A DNA stretch of 64,000 bases from assembly GCF_009834535.1 (NCBI RefSeq), contig NC_045697.1:17238001-17302000 (forward strand), given 5' to 3'. Within the stretch, counting starts at the first letter, position 1. Every line of letters begins with the position of its first letter. A model generated the notes under the pieces. The model did no database searches and had not been told where the DNA came from. It saw only the letters and a program-made list of their open reading frames with translations. This stretch comes from Camelus ferus. Lineage: Eukaryota. Shown here piece after piece: positions 22,699 through 36,164 of this stretch. A program made the position numbers and the translations under genes.

Positions 22699-25600
22699 AC
22701 CTAAATTATCACTCATCTGAGAGAGTGAAAGGAAAAGATAGAACTTTGGAAGTCCCCATGACAGAGATATTTTTGGACAGGTTGAATATATGACACAATA
22801 CAGCCTAAAGCCAGCATGGTCCCCCATTTCCCATTTCAGATTCTTTTTATTAACCTCCTTCTCATGCCTGCATCTGCCAAGACTTTCCATCTTTCATTCT
22901 CACACGAAGATTCAGAATAATATCTGCTTCTTCCAGTAAGCCTTCCCTTATTAACTCAGACTCACCTACACCGTGAACTTGGTAAATGAAATATACCAAT
23001 ATGCCTTTTATCAAGTTCTCCTTAAAAAATACAAAAAGGAAAAAAAAGCCATCTGTTCTTATAGGGAACTATGACCATATAAGGCAAATCCTTTTTAATA
23101 ATTCAACAACTCAACTAGTTTAGTACAGAATATGTTAAAGTTAGCATAAATAGGTAACACAGTAACTTCCATAATCATGCACAAATTACTTCTGAAACAA
23201 TGGGTAGGCTCTGGAAATAAAGCTTTAATCAGCTGCAAACGTCTGAGTAAGCATAATTGCACCCCACTAGTTAAGCATCCTTAAGCATGATCGCATTCTG
23301 ATCTGACAGGTCAGCAGTATTGCAGCATCTCAAGCCAATTCACTAAGATGAGAACTCATAGATACCTCAGGTTTAAAATAAAATTAAAACACAGCCCCTA
23401 CTGTGCCGTTACAGACATTGAACTTTTCTAGAAAGTTTCCCAGCCTTGGAAAACATCACACAGATAGACAGACAGACAGACAGACAGATATTTGAATTCC
23501 AGTTCAATGTCATCTCCTCGATAAACCTTTCCATGCTGGCCCAGAAAACATCTGTTGCCCTTCCCTCTGAATATCTATTGACTCTGGTGGTTCATGAAAG
23601 TCCAGTAGTCACCAGCTTGCCATAACTGTGGACCTGGTGACGAGTCGGTGACCTAGTTGCCTCTAAATCAAGGCCTCTGTTTGACTTGCTTTCTCCAGTG
23701 CCTAACACATGCTAAGGCTTGTTAAGTCTTGGCTAAAAGAAGGGATGAAACCCTCAAAGCTGTTCCAAGAGATCCAAGGAGATCATGACCACAAGTTTCT
23801 ACTAAGCTAGCAGAATAAAACAAAACTAAGGAAATATTTCTGTGCTAACCAAAGAAACATTCTGTTTGTAACCCAGCTTGGTTAACAAGTTATGGCTATC
23901 AAGGCAAGATACACAATGAGTCATGTTGAGGGAGCAGTGGATCAAGGACCTCTAGCCTTTCCCTTTCTCTACACTTTCTCTCCCTGCCCAGTTCTTATCA
24001 TCAGCCTTTGCTGCTCCTTTTTCTCTTAGAAAATAAGCCAGTATCAGTCATTTACACATTAGTCTGAATAAGATATTTAGTTACCTCTCCCAGCCTCAGT
24101 TCTAACAGAGGCGGTAGAATCATGATCCCAAATTAAAAGAACTGCAAACATGCAACAGGCCAAAGAAAATTTAAACACAACCCAACTCTGCCTGCAAGTC
24201 AAGCTTGTTCAAATGGAATGTTACCTTGGCTCAACTAGAGATGCACAAAACAGGGCAGCGATGGTGGGGATTGAAATAGATACAATGATTATTTTTAGTA
24301 TCCTCCCCAGATCTTAGAGTCACTTTATTTCAGAACATAATAATATATTATTTGGAACTATCTGGTATATGTATAGAAGTAGAGATCTTTGGCAGAAACG
24401 AAAAACTTCAAGGAGAGTTTTCTTGCATTCATGAAAAAGACAAAAAACATCCTGAAAAATGTTTTGTTTTCTATGTGACCTTTTTTTTTTTAGCCTTTAC
24501 CCATCTATAGCTGGCATTTTTATTTGGGTATTTTGGGTGGAGACTCACTGATTATGCCAAATAGGAAAGGGAGGGGGAAAAAATCTATGAAAGAGGAGTG
24601 CTGGCTGGACAAACTGTTTAAGTAACCACCTAGTAACAGGGAAATGGAAGAAATGTTCAATCCAGAGGGAACTATATGCCACGTGTTACAGTGCCCACCC
24701 CAGTTAGAATGCCACAATCCCAAGGAATAAGTGCTATAAAAAGCATAATTTGAGTATCATCTCTCATCATTCAATATAGTTTTTCAACCCTTTCAAAATT
24801 ACATTGAAAAATCTATATAATGTGCGCTTAGATTAATGAACTGTTTGAATCTGGATCAATAAGCACTCGAGGCCCTGTGCCGGTGACACCTGCTGGGAGC
24901 ATCTAGAAGAATGCTTCGCGGAGGGCAGAGCCAGCCGGCACTCTGTAGCTACAGGGGTTCCACTTCATAGACAAGCAATCTAATACATGACCTCTGCCGA
25001 TTAATTTCCTGAGAGCAAGTAAATAATCTGGATTCAAAATTTCCCTGATTATGCATATAATTACAGTATCACTTACCAATTAACACATTGATTTAAACCT
25101 TCTTGGGATTAGGTATTTAAGAGCATAAAAGAGATCTTCTGTCATCATCCCAACACTCAAAAATGCTCCAGTTTAGCAAAGAATCCTGGGGAGCGTAACT
25201 TCCCATCCATCTGATTTCCCTTACGGAAGAAAAAACTACGATGGTTAAGATTATAAATGATACCTTAAAAGATCACAGACCATAATTATTGTCTCAATAA
25301 CTGGACCACAATGACACCCATTAGCAAAGGTTTGTACATGACATAATAACAAAGTCCTGGGGAAACTTCATCATCGCCTGAAATATTTCTGTAGAACCAG
25401 AGATTTATAAAACTGCTTTTCTAGCTCGGATTATTATTATTTTTTAATTTACTGCAGCAACTAGGGTATAATTTATCCACCATTAGACAGTTACATAAAT
25501 AGACAAAGATATATAGTGGAGATTCTTCTCTACTTTAGACAAGTATAATAATTAATGTTAGTTTGTTGTTCCTTATTCCTACATAAAATTTCCCATTAAA

Positions 25601-27019
25601 AATGTTAATATAACCCTTCCTAAGGCCACATAGCGATGGGGGAAAAAAGATACAGATGAAACTGCTGCATAGCATGCATACATATGTAAGAGAAGTTAAA
25701 AATAATAAATCAACATGGCAAATATAATGAAGCCTGCTGTCCAACAGTAAAAGCTGTCAAAATGAGGTTTTATTATTAAGACCTCTACATCCAACTGTTC
25801 GGCTGAATAAAATCTTTCACATCACTTGCGCATTTTCAGGGAGAGAACTCACATCTGGGATCAAATTGTCATGGTGCCGAGCTGCCGATTCCTTCCCCTT
25901 GTATTACTTTCTGAATAATTATTTGAACCTCCACAGAAAATGAACGTTGACTGAGGCTAACCACAAAATAACGAGCTTTTACATGCAGAAAAGCCACTCT
26001 GTGGTGTTTCCTCTAACAGCAAGTATTTCAAAAAGGAATGTTTAAGCATTGGAAAAATAAAGATCTCACTGGTTCAAACTCCAGAATGACTGTTTTCTCA
26101 GTAAGATCACAACACAAACAATCATAAATACTATTTAAAATTACCACTCGGGGGAAACACAGCCCGTTGACTTTCGACTCCATTCTTACTCCTTCTCATA
26201 GAGAAGTATAGCCCCTCATAATAATGCTATAGCATTCCAGAATATATAATATTGACATTGTGGTTATTTCGGATTCATCACGGCTAATTATTCAGAAAGA
26301 GCAAGAAAATAAATCCAACCCCTCCTCCAACCTTAATCCCTAACTTAAAGGAGGAGGAAAAAGGACTTCATAGAATGAGAAGTCCCAAGTGCCAATTCAA
26401 AATAATAGGAACGTTTCAAATAAACTTCAATCCCCTTAACAGCGTAAGAACAAAAACAGTAGCTATATACCAGCTTCTCCTCAAAACAAAACCCAGTGAA
26501 ATGACTGAGAATTTCAGCTACTGTAATCCAACTTGGAAACTCTGGGGGTTTCAGCAGCTACTCAATAAAAAAGAAAACTGAAAATAGTACAAAAATGGCT
26601 CCTAACAGCAATAATGTATACTTCTGCGGTCATTACTGGTCAGATAATAACCGGCAGTGACCTTAAAACCACACATTAGGGCTTAAGTATGGTCCAGTGT
26701 TCACTGCAGATGTGTCGCTCAGAAATCAGCAGCACGACCCTGCCGTTAACGCTCAGACTCTTCCCAGGCTGACTCCCGTGCGTTGATTTTTCCCTCCCCA
26801 GCGTTATCACACCAGGAGTCTTATAATGATCTGAAAAATAGGTACCTTAGGGTAACAGTGCTATGCTGAAAAGATAAATACCCAGGGCAATGTCATCAAA
26901 AACACATACAGGAAGCAGCTTTCCTGTAATGCAGGTGAATGTTTTTATAACACGAAGACCTGGGGAGAACATTTTGACCTTTTTAAGCTCAGCTGTCAGG
27001 AAAGCTGCAAGGATCTTAG

Positions 27020-27150
27020 TTAACATATTCATCACCTCTGCAAAATGGTATAATATCGATATTTCCATTCTGCAGGTCAAAACAGTAAGGCCCAGGTAAA
27101 GCAAATGACCTGTTACACAGGGAGGAAGCAAGGAAATGGCTCTGAGAATT
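27020..27150 (-). mobile_element. MIR fragment
   Basis: 'tatttccattctgcagg...aaacagtaaggcccagg...aaatgacctg'. Confidence 0.45.
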
Positions 27151-28039
27151 AACTGCTTTGTACGGCAGGCCTGGTTCCTGCATTGAGGTTCATTTCTCAC
27201 AATTTTCAAATGCCTTCATCACAAATCTATTTGTATTTCTTCCCTCCTCCTGTAAATTAGGGGATGGCGCACATTTAAAAAAAAATTTTTTAACGTGCAT
27301 GGAATGTTGCATCTATTTTCTTCTTTGTAATATTTCTGCTCAACATTTTTTTCTTAACATCACATAATCTTTGCAAATGTGTCTCTGGCCACCGCGGAAG
27401 AAAGGGTACAGTCTGGGAGCTGTGCCGGATCTAAAGCATTCTCGGGTGTTTCATCCCAAGACTCGAGAAAAGACTTCCACTGCTTTATCAAGAATTACCA
27501 GTGGTTATTTCTTGGCAAAGCAGTAGTGGGTTGAGTACAGAAAATTGGGCACTTCCTAGAAAACAGATGAAATTAAACTAGTAACATCAAGGTTTGTTTG
27601 GTTTTTTTTTTTAATTATTCAGTTGTTTAAAAAACAAAAGTAGGAAAACAGTGACCCCAGCTTCCCTCCTCTTCTTCTTTTCCCCAAAGAGCTTGTTCAT
27701 CCAGAGTGGACATCGGCTCCCCTGGGGCACTGCTCTCACCCCTGCATCACCCCTGCATCACAAGCTTGTGCCGTACAGCCAAGAGACAGTTCCAAGTTTC
27801 CTTACTACTAGCGCCCTCAGTCTCTACTTGCCTCTCTGGAAACAATCTCACTTAGCTGATTTCTGGTAGGGTCACTACTGAAGAAGCTGACAGCCAACTT
27901 TCTTTGGAAGCTTTATTGGTTTCATCTTTCCAGACGCACAGCCTGGGGTCTCCAATGCCAGGGGTGGTCTGCCCAACATAGCCAGAGCTGCCTCGCAGCT
28001 GAGCATGCTGTAGGCAGCCGGGCAAATACCTGTCTAGGA

Positions 28040-28249
28040 CAGTGGTTCTCAACAGGCGTGATTTTGCTACCCCAGGGGACAGTCTGGAGACGTTCTGGGT
28101 TGTCATAGCTGGGGGAACCGGCGGGTGGTGATTCCTGGCATCTAGTGTGTAAAGGCCAAGAAACACACGGAAAAGCCACACACACACACACACAACACAA
28201 AGAATTATCCAGCCCCAAATGTCAACAGTGCTGAGGTTGGGAAACCCAG
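28040..28249. mobile_element. MER20 hAT-Charlie MITE, full length
   Basis: cagtggttctcaac...ttgggaaacccag ends; 'agaattatccagccccaaatgtcaacagtgctgaggttg'. 8-bp TSD gtctagga/gtctagaa, matching the NTCTAGAN hAT target. Confidence 0.88.
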
Positions 28250-28824
28250 GTCTAGAAGTTTAGAACAGGTGTCTGCCGACTCACAAGCATTCCCAGCACA
28301 GGTGTGAGCACACAGAAGGGCCTCAACCCGTGCTGGTGGAGCGCAAAGCACACAGGTGGCAGCAAGAGAGCCGAGAGATGCACCCAGTCTTTCCCATCCC
28401 ACGTGGGTCCCCGCTTCTTCCGTTTTCTTCTTTCTGTCCCTCTCACTGTGTCCCATTCCCCTTCTCTTGTTCTACTGTCTGTTCTTTCTCTTTGCCCTCA
28501 AAAGCCTACATCTGGTGAGTTTGCCACAGGCTCCAACACAGCTTAACCTATGTAATCTTAAAAAAAAAAAAAAAAAAAACAAAAAAACAGAAGGGAAGTA
28601 TTACATCCTTACTCAACACAGGGTGAAACCGAAACCCACAAACTATAAAGAATTTGTCCAAAGTCACCCAAGTGACTAGGTTGTAAAGGCGAAGACGGAT
28701 GTGTGTCCAGTTCCAGGGCCAAGCATTCTCTCCAGATAAAGGACACTCTGGGACACTGTCTAGTCATGCTGCAAGGAGGTGGCTGCCCCAAGTTCTAAAA
28801 TGAATACAAAAATATTCATAAATA

Positions 28825-28967
28825 GAGGGGTGGGTGTAGCTCAAGTGGTAGAGCACATACCTAGCATGCACGAGGTCCTGGGTTCAATCCCCAGTACCTC
28901 CTCCAAATATAAATAAATAAATAAACCTAATTACCTCCCCTCATAAAACAAACAAACAAACAAAAAA
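28825..28967 (+). mobile_element. camelid tRNA-Ala-derived SINE (long-tail form)
   Basis: gggtgtagctcaagtggtagagcacatacctagcatgcacgaggtcctgggttcaatccccagtacctcc, then (TAAA)n, cctaattacctcccc and (AAAC)n. Confidence 0.92.
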
Positions 28968-29519
28968 CTCGTAAGTTGTTGAGAAGTAAAATAATGTAAC
29001 AGGAAAAAGACAAACTTCATGTCAGACCGACATCTCCCCCCACTCTATCCTGTGGTGGTGGTGAGCCAAATTCATTCCAGGGCTGAAAGATGAAGGTGTA
29101 TCTTCCTTATCATTACCTATACAAATGCCTTATTTTTAGAGCCTCAGGCCATGGGGTAATCCAGGCTTTGTGAGATCCAAGCAAAACTGACATTGGACCC
29201 AACACCATCAGACACTGATCTCATAAGTGAAGAGAGACCCAACACAAGGGCAGAGACAAGTGTCACACTGCTGCTGGACCTGACAAAATGCATGTGGAAT
29301 TTCCCTGCAGATCTCCATCTACTGAGCCTGGAACAGAGGCACAGTAGATCTGTGATCAGGTCTGGCCTCGGGGGCACTGGGCAGAGGTGGTAAATATATA
29401 AAAGTAGTCAAAGAACTTGAAAGGCAGCTGTGCATACACAGACACACACACACACACACACACACATATTTATAACTGCTGTAAAACCAGTCAACACATG
29501 CGTTTCCCCATCTCCGGAG

Positions 29520-29800
29520 CTCTTTTGTGTACCAGGCCCCGGGCCAGGTACCAAAGATACAAAGATGAATTGACCTGACATGCAGCCTCTACAGGGCCTC
29601 GCAAGGGAAACAGGACACATCAACAGGTAAATCACATTCCAACGAGACCTGGGCCACCCTGGAAGGTCTGGATGCTTGGGGATGGTCCCACGGAGGAAGG
29701 GAGCCCACAGTCATGCGGTGGGGAGGTGACACAGAAGCTAAGACATAAAACAAACAAGGAGTGGTTTGCCTGTGGGACAGGGAGCAGCACAGAGACAGAG
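29520..29800 (-). mobile_element. L2 remnant
   Basis: 'tgtgtaccaggcccc...aggtacc...gatacaaagatgaat...aggtaaatcaca'. Confidence 0.45.
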
Positions 29801-30879
29801 TGGGCAAAGGCGTGGTGTCGACGGAACCGGACCTGCTCGCCATAGTGAGGTTTTTTTCTTACATGTGACTTGAGGACAATCTTCTCGCAATGGGCCCTGT
29901 GTAAGAACCTACAGAGGGAGACTAAGGTGGGATGGAGAGAAGCTTTCTATGCCCAGCAAAAGAATTCAGATTATCCTCTAGAAGCCTCCACATTTTTTTT
30001 TCTTAATTTTCTGGTGCTGCCCAAATGCGATACACATTTTCCATCACAACCGAGTGCTTCCTGACCAGATTTGCAACTGAAACACATGTTTTCCAAAACA
30101 ACACTCACCTTTTCTATGTGAAATTCATTCTGTTTCCATTTCCTGTTTTTGAATGTTTGTTGCAAACCGCATAAAATGACTTCAGGAGCCACACATCAGT
30201 TTTATCCTACAGGTTTTTAAACACTGCTCCAGGCCACAGGGAGTTTTTAAATTGGGAACTGACAAAATCAGGTATATTTAGGGTGATAATCTGGGCAGAC
30301 AGGGGAGAGGCGGACTGGGATTAGGGAAGCCTGCTAGAAGTGGGAGTCCAAAAGAGACGTGATCCGAGTTTGAACTAAGGTAGTGACCCTGAAGATGAAA
30401 AGCAGGGCAAAAGTTCTGGAGCCTTTGAATCACAGAATCAACTACCCTGAGTGACTTACTACAGCAGGAACAAGAGAAAAGCTTCTGGACTGAGAGGCTG
30501 ATGGGATGATGCCGACACTAACTGAGATAGAGAACACAGAAAGAGAACAGGCCAGGGTGACAGGAGGCTGTCAGTCTGGACTTGCTAAATGTGAGGTGAC
30601 TACAGAACATTCCCAGTGGACATTTCCAGTAAATGGATGCAAAGATGCTTCCAAATTTCAAAAGATATGTCTGGAGATGGAAATACGAGATATAGATGTA
30701 ATTAGTGGAGATACGGTCATTAAAACCTTGGGGTGGATGGGCTGTCCTAGAGGGTCATGTGGAAACAGCAACAAGGAGAAGAGACATGAGAACACCACAC
30801 TGAGGAAGCAAAGAACCAGAGAGGCCGTCACAGACATTGGAAGAGAGATCAGTGGCCAGCAATGGAAGGCTGGCCATCA

Positions 30880-31045
30880 TCATAGCCTCATTATTATCCA
30901 GCATGATACTCTATATTCACTTCTGTATTTATTTATTGCCTTCTTCACTACAATATGACACACTTCTGTATCTCCAGAACCTAAAAGAGTGCCTTCAGCA
31001 CACAGTAGGATTCAATAAATATTTGTTGAATGAGTGAATATTGAA
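30880..31045 (+). mobile_element. L2 3' end
   Basis: 'ctgtatctccagaacctaaaagagtgcct...cacagtaggattcaataaatatttgttgaatgagtgaat'. Confidence 0.75.
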
Positions 31046-31446
31046 TAAAGAAGGGAATGCAAGCCAAGGCAGGAAATTGTTACAAAGTATGGAAGCTGTC
31101 AACTCAAGCAATTGCTTAAAAGGATCAAGAAAGAAGAAGACTGAAAATAGGTCATTAGTTTTGAAAATTAGGTCATTGGTAACCTTAGTAAGAGTCATTT
31201 TAATAAAGCATTGGGATAAAAGCTGAATTGTTATGGCTTCAAAGAAACTGGGGGTGAAGGCATTAATTGCAAGGGAATAGAAGGCAATGTCAGGAGAAGG
31301 TTAATTTGGGAGAAGAGAGGTGGAGCCGCCTGAGGTCATGCACAGACTGAGGTGAGCAATCCAGAGGAAAGACACTGAAGATAAAAATGGGGGAAAGAAA
31401 TGGAATAAGGTAGTGGGGAAGATGGAAGGGGTGAGGGAGTCTAGCA

Positions 31447-31810
31447 TACAAGTCAGTCCGTTCCAGCTGCTGTAACAAAGCACCATGATCTGGGTGTCTT
31501 ATAAACAACAGAAATTTATCTCACACAGTTCCGAAGTCTGGAAAGTTTCAGATCAAGTCACCAGCAGTTTCAGTGTCGGGTGAGAGCCCACTTTCTGGCT
31601 CACAGACAGAACCTTCTAACTGTGACCTCACGTGGTAGGAGGAGCAAGGGCGCTCTCTGGGGTCTTCAGTACAAGGGCACTAATCCCATTCAAGAGGGCT
31701 CCACCCTCATGACTGAATCATCTCCTAAAGTCCCCACATCCTCATACTATCACATGGTTGTAGGATTTCAACCTGAGTTTTGAGGGGACACAAACATTCA
31801 GACCATAGCA
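31447..31810 (-). mobile_element. MLT1A-type MaLR solo LTR
   Basis: 'gctgctgtaacaaagcaccat...taaacaacagaaatttat...aagggcactaatcccatt...gagggctccaccctcatgac...acacaaacattcagaccatagca'. Confidence 0.88.
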
Positions 31811-34800
31811 GAAGTTGACTTTAAACAGGAGAGGAGAATGAGTGAGTTGCCATAGGTAAATGTTCAGGTATATGCAAGGAAAATGAAGGAATCCACAACT
31901 GAGGATGGATTCTTTTTCCTTTCGTGAAAGATGAGGCAAGATCACCTGCAAAATCTGCATAAGGTGACAAATAGCTTATTCTGAATGGGCGGCCATGGGG
32001 AATCCAAAGGTGGCTAACAGGTGAAAGCAAGCAGATGTCAAGTACTGAAGATCTAACCAAATCTGGAAACCATAACATTACAGCGGTGCCCATCAGCAAG
32101 GTCATGGAGCTCCCTGGAGTGACGCCCCAGAGCAGCAGCAGAAAGAAAACTAGGTTCAGCACGCATCCAGAATGTGGTCTAGTGAGGGCTGTCCTGGAAG
32201 AAAGCCTACCCTCCTTCTCTGCCAATAAGAACAAGTAGCCTCCGATTTAGTCCCACTGTCCCTTCAAGGCTGCCGGATCCTGAGCATGTCATCACACCTC
32301 TGAGCTTCCTACCAATGCCAGTGGGTCAGACTACTGTTTTAGTTTCACTGACTTGTGATGGGGCCCAAAGAGGACAGTTTATTTGGACGAATTTTGCCAA
32401 CCTCTAAGCACTACTGAGGTCCCCGCTTTGCTGTCCTCCCAAACAAGACCTGTACCATCTTTTTTAATGCAGTTGAGTGAGGACACAGAATACCTACTAG
32501 GCACCTGGAGTCGCCTTCTCTCTACCTGTTTCCCTTGCCCCACGGGAGTCAAATTTTTGACCTATAGAATAAGGACGATTTACATAGCAGACCCTTAACT
32601 CAGTCAGTATCTATTTAAATTACTTCCCCATGAAAAGAACTGCTAACTAACGCCTGAGAGATGGAACCAAGGGGAGAGAAATCTGCTTTTGTTAGCGGGC
32701 TCCATAATTACATGGAGATATGTCCACCTGGGTAATAGCTAATGGGATTTTTTTTTTACTTTTTATATAAATATTTCAGTTTCTTACCTTGCTAGATTGA
32801 CTTTTTCCTCAATATTAATTGCCTCCATAGTCTTCATCTATAGCAGCATTTCTAACCAGTCCCTATACATTTTTATTTCTTTCTCAAGAGGCAGCTACTG
32901 AATGACTTAATTTAAAAATTTTAATACCATGAATAAATATTATCTTCCTTCGTTCTGGGGTGTGGGGGGCAAGCAATTCTCTGGAGGGTTAGTGTCAACT
33001 CTGACAGTTTACTTCAAGAAACAGGTCACTGGGTTTTGGTTTGGCCTACAAGTTTCATAAACTAAAATAATCGACATCTTCTTTAACCAATGCTAATTAC
33101 CATCAACAGCAAAAGGGACATATCAACCCTCACCTTAAATGCTCCCTTCTGCAAGCATTGAGTTTATGAATGAGGTCTCTTGCCTAAAGGATTATTCGGC
33201 AGCCTTTTACATAACGCGTCTCCTCCTCCTGTTGCTTCACGGATCCCAGACAACGGGGTCACCTGGGATGCTAAGCTGCAGCCATAAATTATCCCTTTTT
33301 GCATCACTGGAGCAGCTGCTCTGGCCACACAGCCCATCCCTCTCCTGTGCCAGCACAGAAGGTAAGCCTAGGACCCCCTCACTTTTTAAAGAAGCTCAAA
33401 CTCCTCCCATTCCTGAGCACACATTCTGTTCCCTGGATAGCCCGATTTTTACTGCTGAAACTCAAGAAGCTATTAAAGTCTCCTCAACCTGGCAGAGCCC
33501 CAGGACCAGATGGTGTTCTCCTGGTTCTTATAAAGCCTTTATTAACAAAATGACACCAAACCTCTCTGGCCTCCATAATGACAGCCTTCTCCCACCCTCA
33601 GAAGACCCTGGATGGGGAGGAGGACCTGTTGATTGCTATTCTCACCATCACTGTCAAAACATCCTTTTGGCCTCCGAGTGGCTCTGAATCTTCGCTTGAG
33701 TCCCTCCAATTCCTCGCAGGGCACTGATGAGAACTGCTCTCCCCCACCCCTCAAAAAAGGAAAGAAAGCCAAAGCAAGCACTTAAGCTAATGAGAAGCAT
33801 AAACAACAGACTACAGAGAGGGTCTTTGCTAGGAACTCACCACCCCTCTTTCGGGATTTTGAACAGTTTGGCAAGAACGACACTTCCGGCAGCACCCCCC
33901 TCGCAGGAAAGTCCAAGCTGTTAATTGCTAAGCTGGCCTTGTGGGATTCGCCTGGAAGACTCACTTTCATTCCAGTGTAGTTCTTCATCACAAGCCAGTG
34001 CAGCATGCCACACGACTCTAGGTGTCACGGCTACCTCAGGGTGCCCGGGAGAGCTGAAGCAGTCGGTAATGGAATACGGGATTTCTCACCTCCAGGTCAC
34101 TAGTTCAAATGCAAAAGGCCGTGGAAAGCTGTTCTCTTCCAGGGGACTCTGGGAAAGTTTTCAGGCTCTATCAGCTGCCACGAATGATGTTTGCATGACA
34201 AACCCTCACTGCACTGCATCTCAGAGAAGAGCTTGGAAACACACGCTCTCTGAGGTCACGCCGGGCTTGGGAACCCTGTGGCTGAGGGACAGACTCAGCG
34301 GCCCTTTTGCACCTGTTCTGTGACCTTGGCCAAAACCAAAATGCTCATCGACGCCCATTCCCCCTCAATGCCTTTTTCAAATTATTTTTCAAGTTCATCA
34401 GTTTAACTCTCCCTCTCACACCTAATTTTTGCCCACTGACAACAGGCCCATGGAAACTGGTTAGCAGTTGAAACTTTTAAGATACCCCCAAAACTCAACA
34501 ATGATGTGGGGGAAACGGGCAGAGCCTGTGAGAGCTGCCTGTACAGTCTGCTCAGAAATGCTAACTCACCAGGGAATTTTCTCAGCACGGGTTGCTTTAT
34601 AGCTCTGGACCTTATCTTGCTGAATACTGAAGTTATTTCTGGAAAAAACAATTCTGATTTCCAAAGAAATATGGCTGGTGACACAGAAATGTCCCTTCTT
34701 GTTTATCCACTGTCCATCCTACGGTTGGCGCTTCTGGGTTTAACTCTTTGCCCTCTTCCCTCACCCTTACTGAGAAGCTGTCTTGCTCCTGCTCCGCACT

Positions 34801-35549
34801 GGAAACTTCTCTAGAAGTACCGCCTCAGACCTGGAACTCAGCTCCTGCCTTTGAAGGCAGAACGGTCCTTCCTGCAGGTGGCATGAGTAGGCCAGTGAAC
34901 CTTCTGGATCTCCACCTCCCTACAGCACCCAGAGCCAGCAGAGTGGCTGACCACGGTAAAAATGACAACATGAATTACACAAAGGAATGCTCTGTGCTGC
35001 GGCCACCCCAGCATGTGTTCATTTCTGTACACAGGCCAGGCCCTTCCCCACGCTGAGTCTTTGGACAAGCTGTTTCCTCTTGAACTCCTGTTTTTTCCTC
35101 AAATCTCACTTACATCACTGTTTCTCCCCTACACTAAGGAGGGCCACTAGTCCCATCATAGCACCAGCACTTAGATCTGTGACCCAGACTGATGCCCACC
35201 TCTGACTCAGGTGCCAGTGGGGCTTGGCAATGCGGCTCCATGCAGCTCTCACAGGTGAGCAGAGGTGGCAGACTGAGCTGACACCTCTTTGCCACCCCAG
35301 AGCGTGTCTGCCCTGACCTGCCTGGTGAACTGGACAGACAAACGTGAACACGGGTATTTTGTTAGCCAGTGTGTGATGGTGTTTATCTCCCCCCTCAGAT
35401 GTAGAACTACAAACCTGAAAGTTATAAGAGTTTCCTCTATTAAAAGACTGGGCTTTTGTTTATCAAAGCAATAAATGATAAACAAATGCATGAGGTGACA
35501 TCAGATTGGGACAATGTCTGTGAAAGAAAGAAGGGAGATATGGAAGGAC

Positions 35550-35630
35550 TGCATCACAGCACAGCTTCAGGGGCCACCTCTTGCCCCATATTCTGTGTGA
35601 CCAGCGCCCCCTGGAGGACTGGAGGCCACA
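35550..35630. mobile_element. possible MER91-like (hAT-Tip100) palindromic remnant
   Basis: Imperfect inverted arms cacagcttcaggggccacc ... agcgccccctggaggactgg resemble the recalled MER91 core. Confidence 0.4.
35601..35620 (-). promoter_or_regulatory. CTCF binding motif
   Basis: Minus strand AGTCCTCCAGGGGGCGCTGG, one mismatch to CCASYAGRKGGCRS. Confidence 0.55.
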
Positions 35631-35789
35631 GGTCTGGTGTGGAGATGGACAGTAACAGAGGCCCAGAGCGGCCGCTTTAGCTGGGATGGTCAGGGAGGAG
35701 CTCTCCAGGGACAGAGAGGACCTGATGGACACAGCCAGCTCAGAGCTGAGGGAACAAGAAGGCCCCAGGGCTGGCAAGCACTTGGTGTC

Positions 35790-36164
35790 TGTCTGAGTTA
35801 GCTCAGGCTGCCATGACAAATACTGCAGACTGAGAGACTTAAACAACGGGCATTTATTTATCACAGTTTTGGAGGCTGGGAAGTCCAAAAGCAAGGTGTT
35901 GCCTGATTCAGTTTCTGGTGGAAGTTCTCTTCCTGGCTCTCAGCAGGCCATCTTCTGGTTATGTCCTCACATGGCAGAGAGAGAGGGAGAGCAGGCTCTC
36001 TGGTGTCTCTCTATATAAGGGCACTAATTCCATCTCGAGGACCCCACCCACATGACTTCATCTAATCTTGATTATCTCCCAAAGGCGCCATCACATGTTG
36101 TGATTTAGAGCTTCAACATACGAGTTTGGGCAGGAGGTGAGGGGACCCAATTCAGGCCAGAGCA
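35790..36164 (-). mobile_element. MLT1A0/MLT1B-type MaLR solo LTR
   Basis: tgtctgagttagctcaggctgccatgacaaatac...ggaggctgggaagtccaa...caattcaggccagagca. 5-bp TSD gtgtc/gcgtc. Confidence 0.88.

Larger units (their letters stand above)
30232..31960 (-). mobile_element. long L2 remnant, interrupted by an opposite-strand L2 tail and an MLT1A LTR
   Basis: Purine-rich L2-like motifs: 'tgaactaaggtagtg', 'actgagatagagaacacagaaagagaacagg', 'gactgaaaataggtcatt...ggtcattggtaaccttagtaagagtcattt'. Confidence 0.6.

Noticed and set aside
33139..33687. 182-aa ORF
   Set aside because: S/P/L-rich with no recognisable domain, no supporting splice or promoter signals, and probably overlapping decayed repeats.
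34871..34884. Weaker CTCF-like matches (also about 14045 and 38693)
   Set aside because: Two mismatches each to the core consensus; expected by chance in 64 kb.
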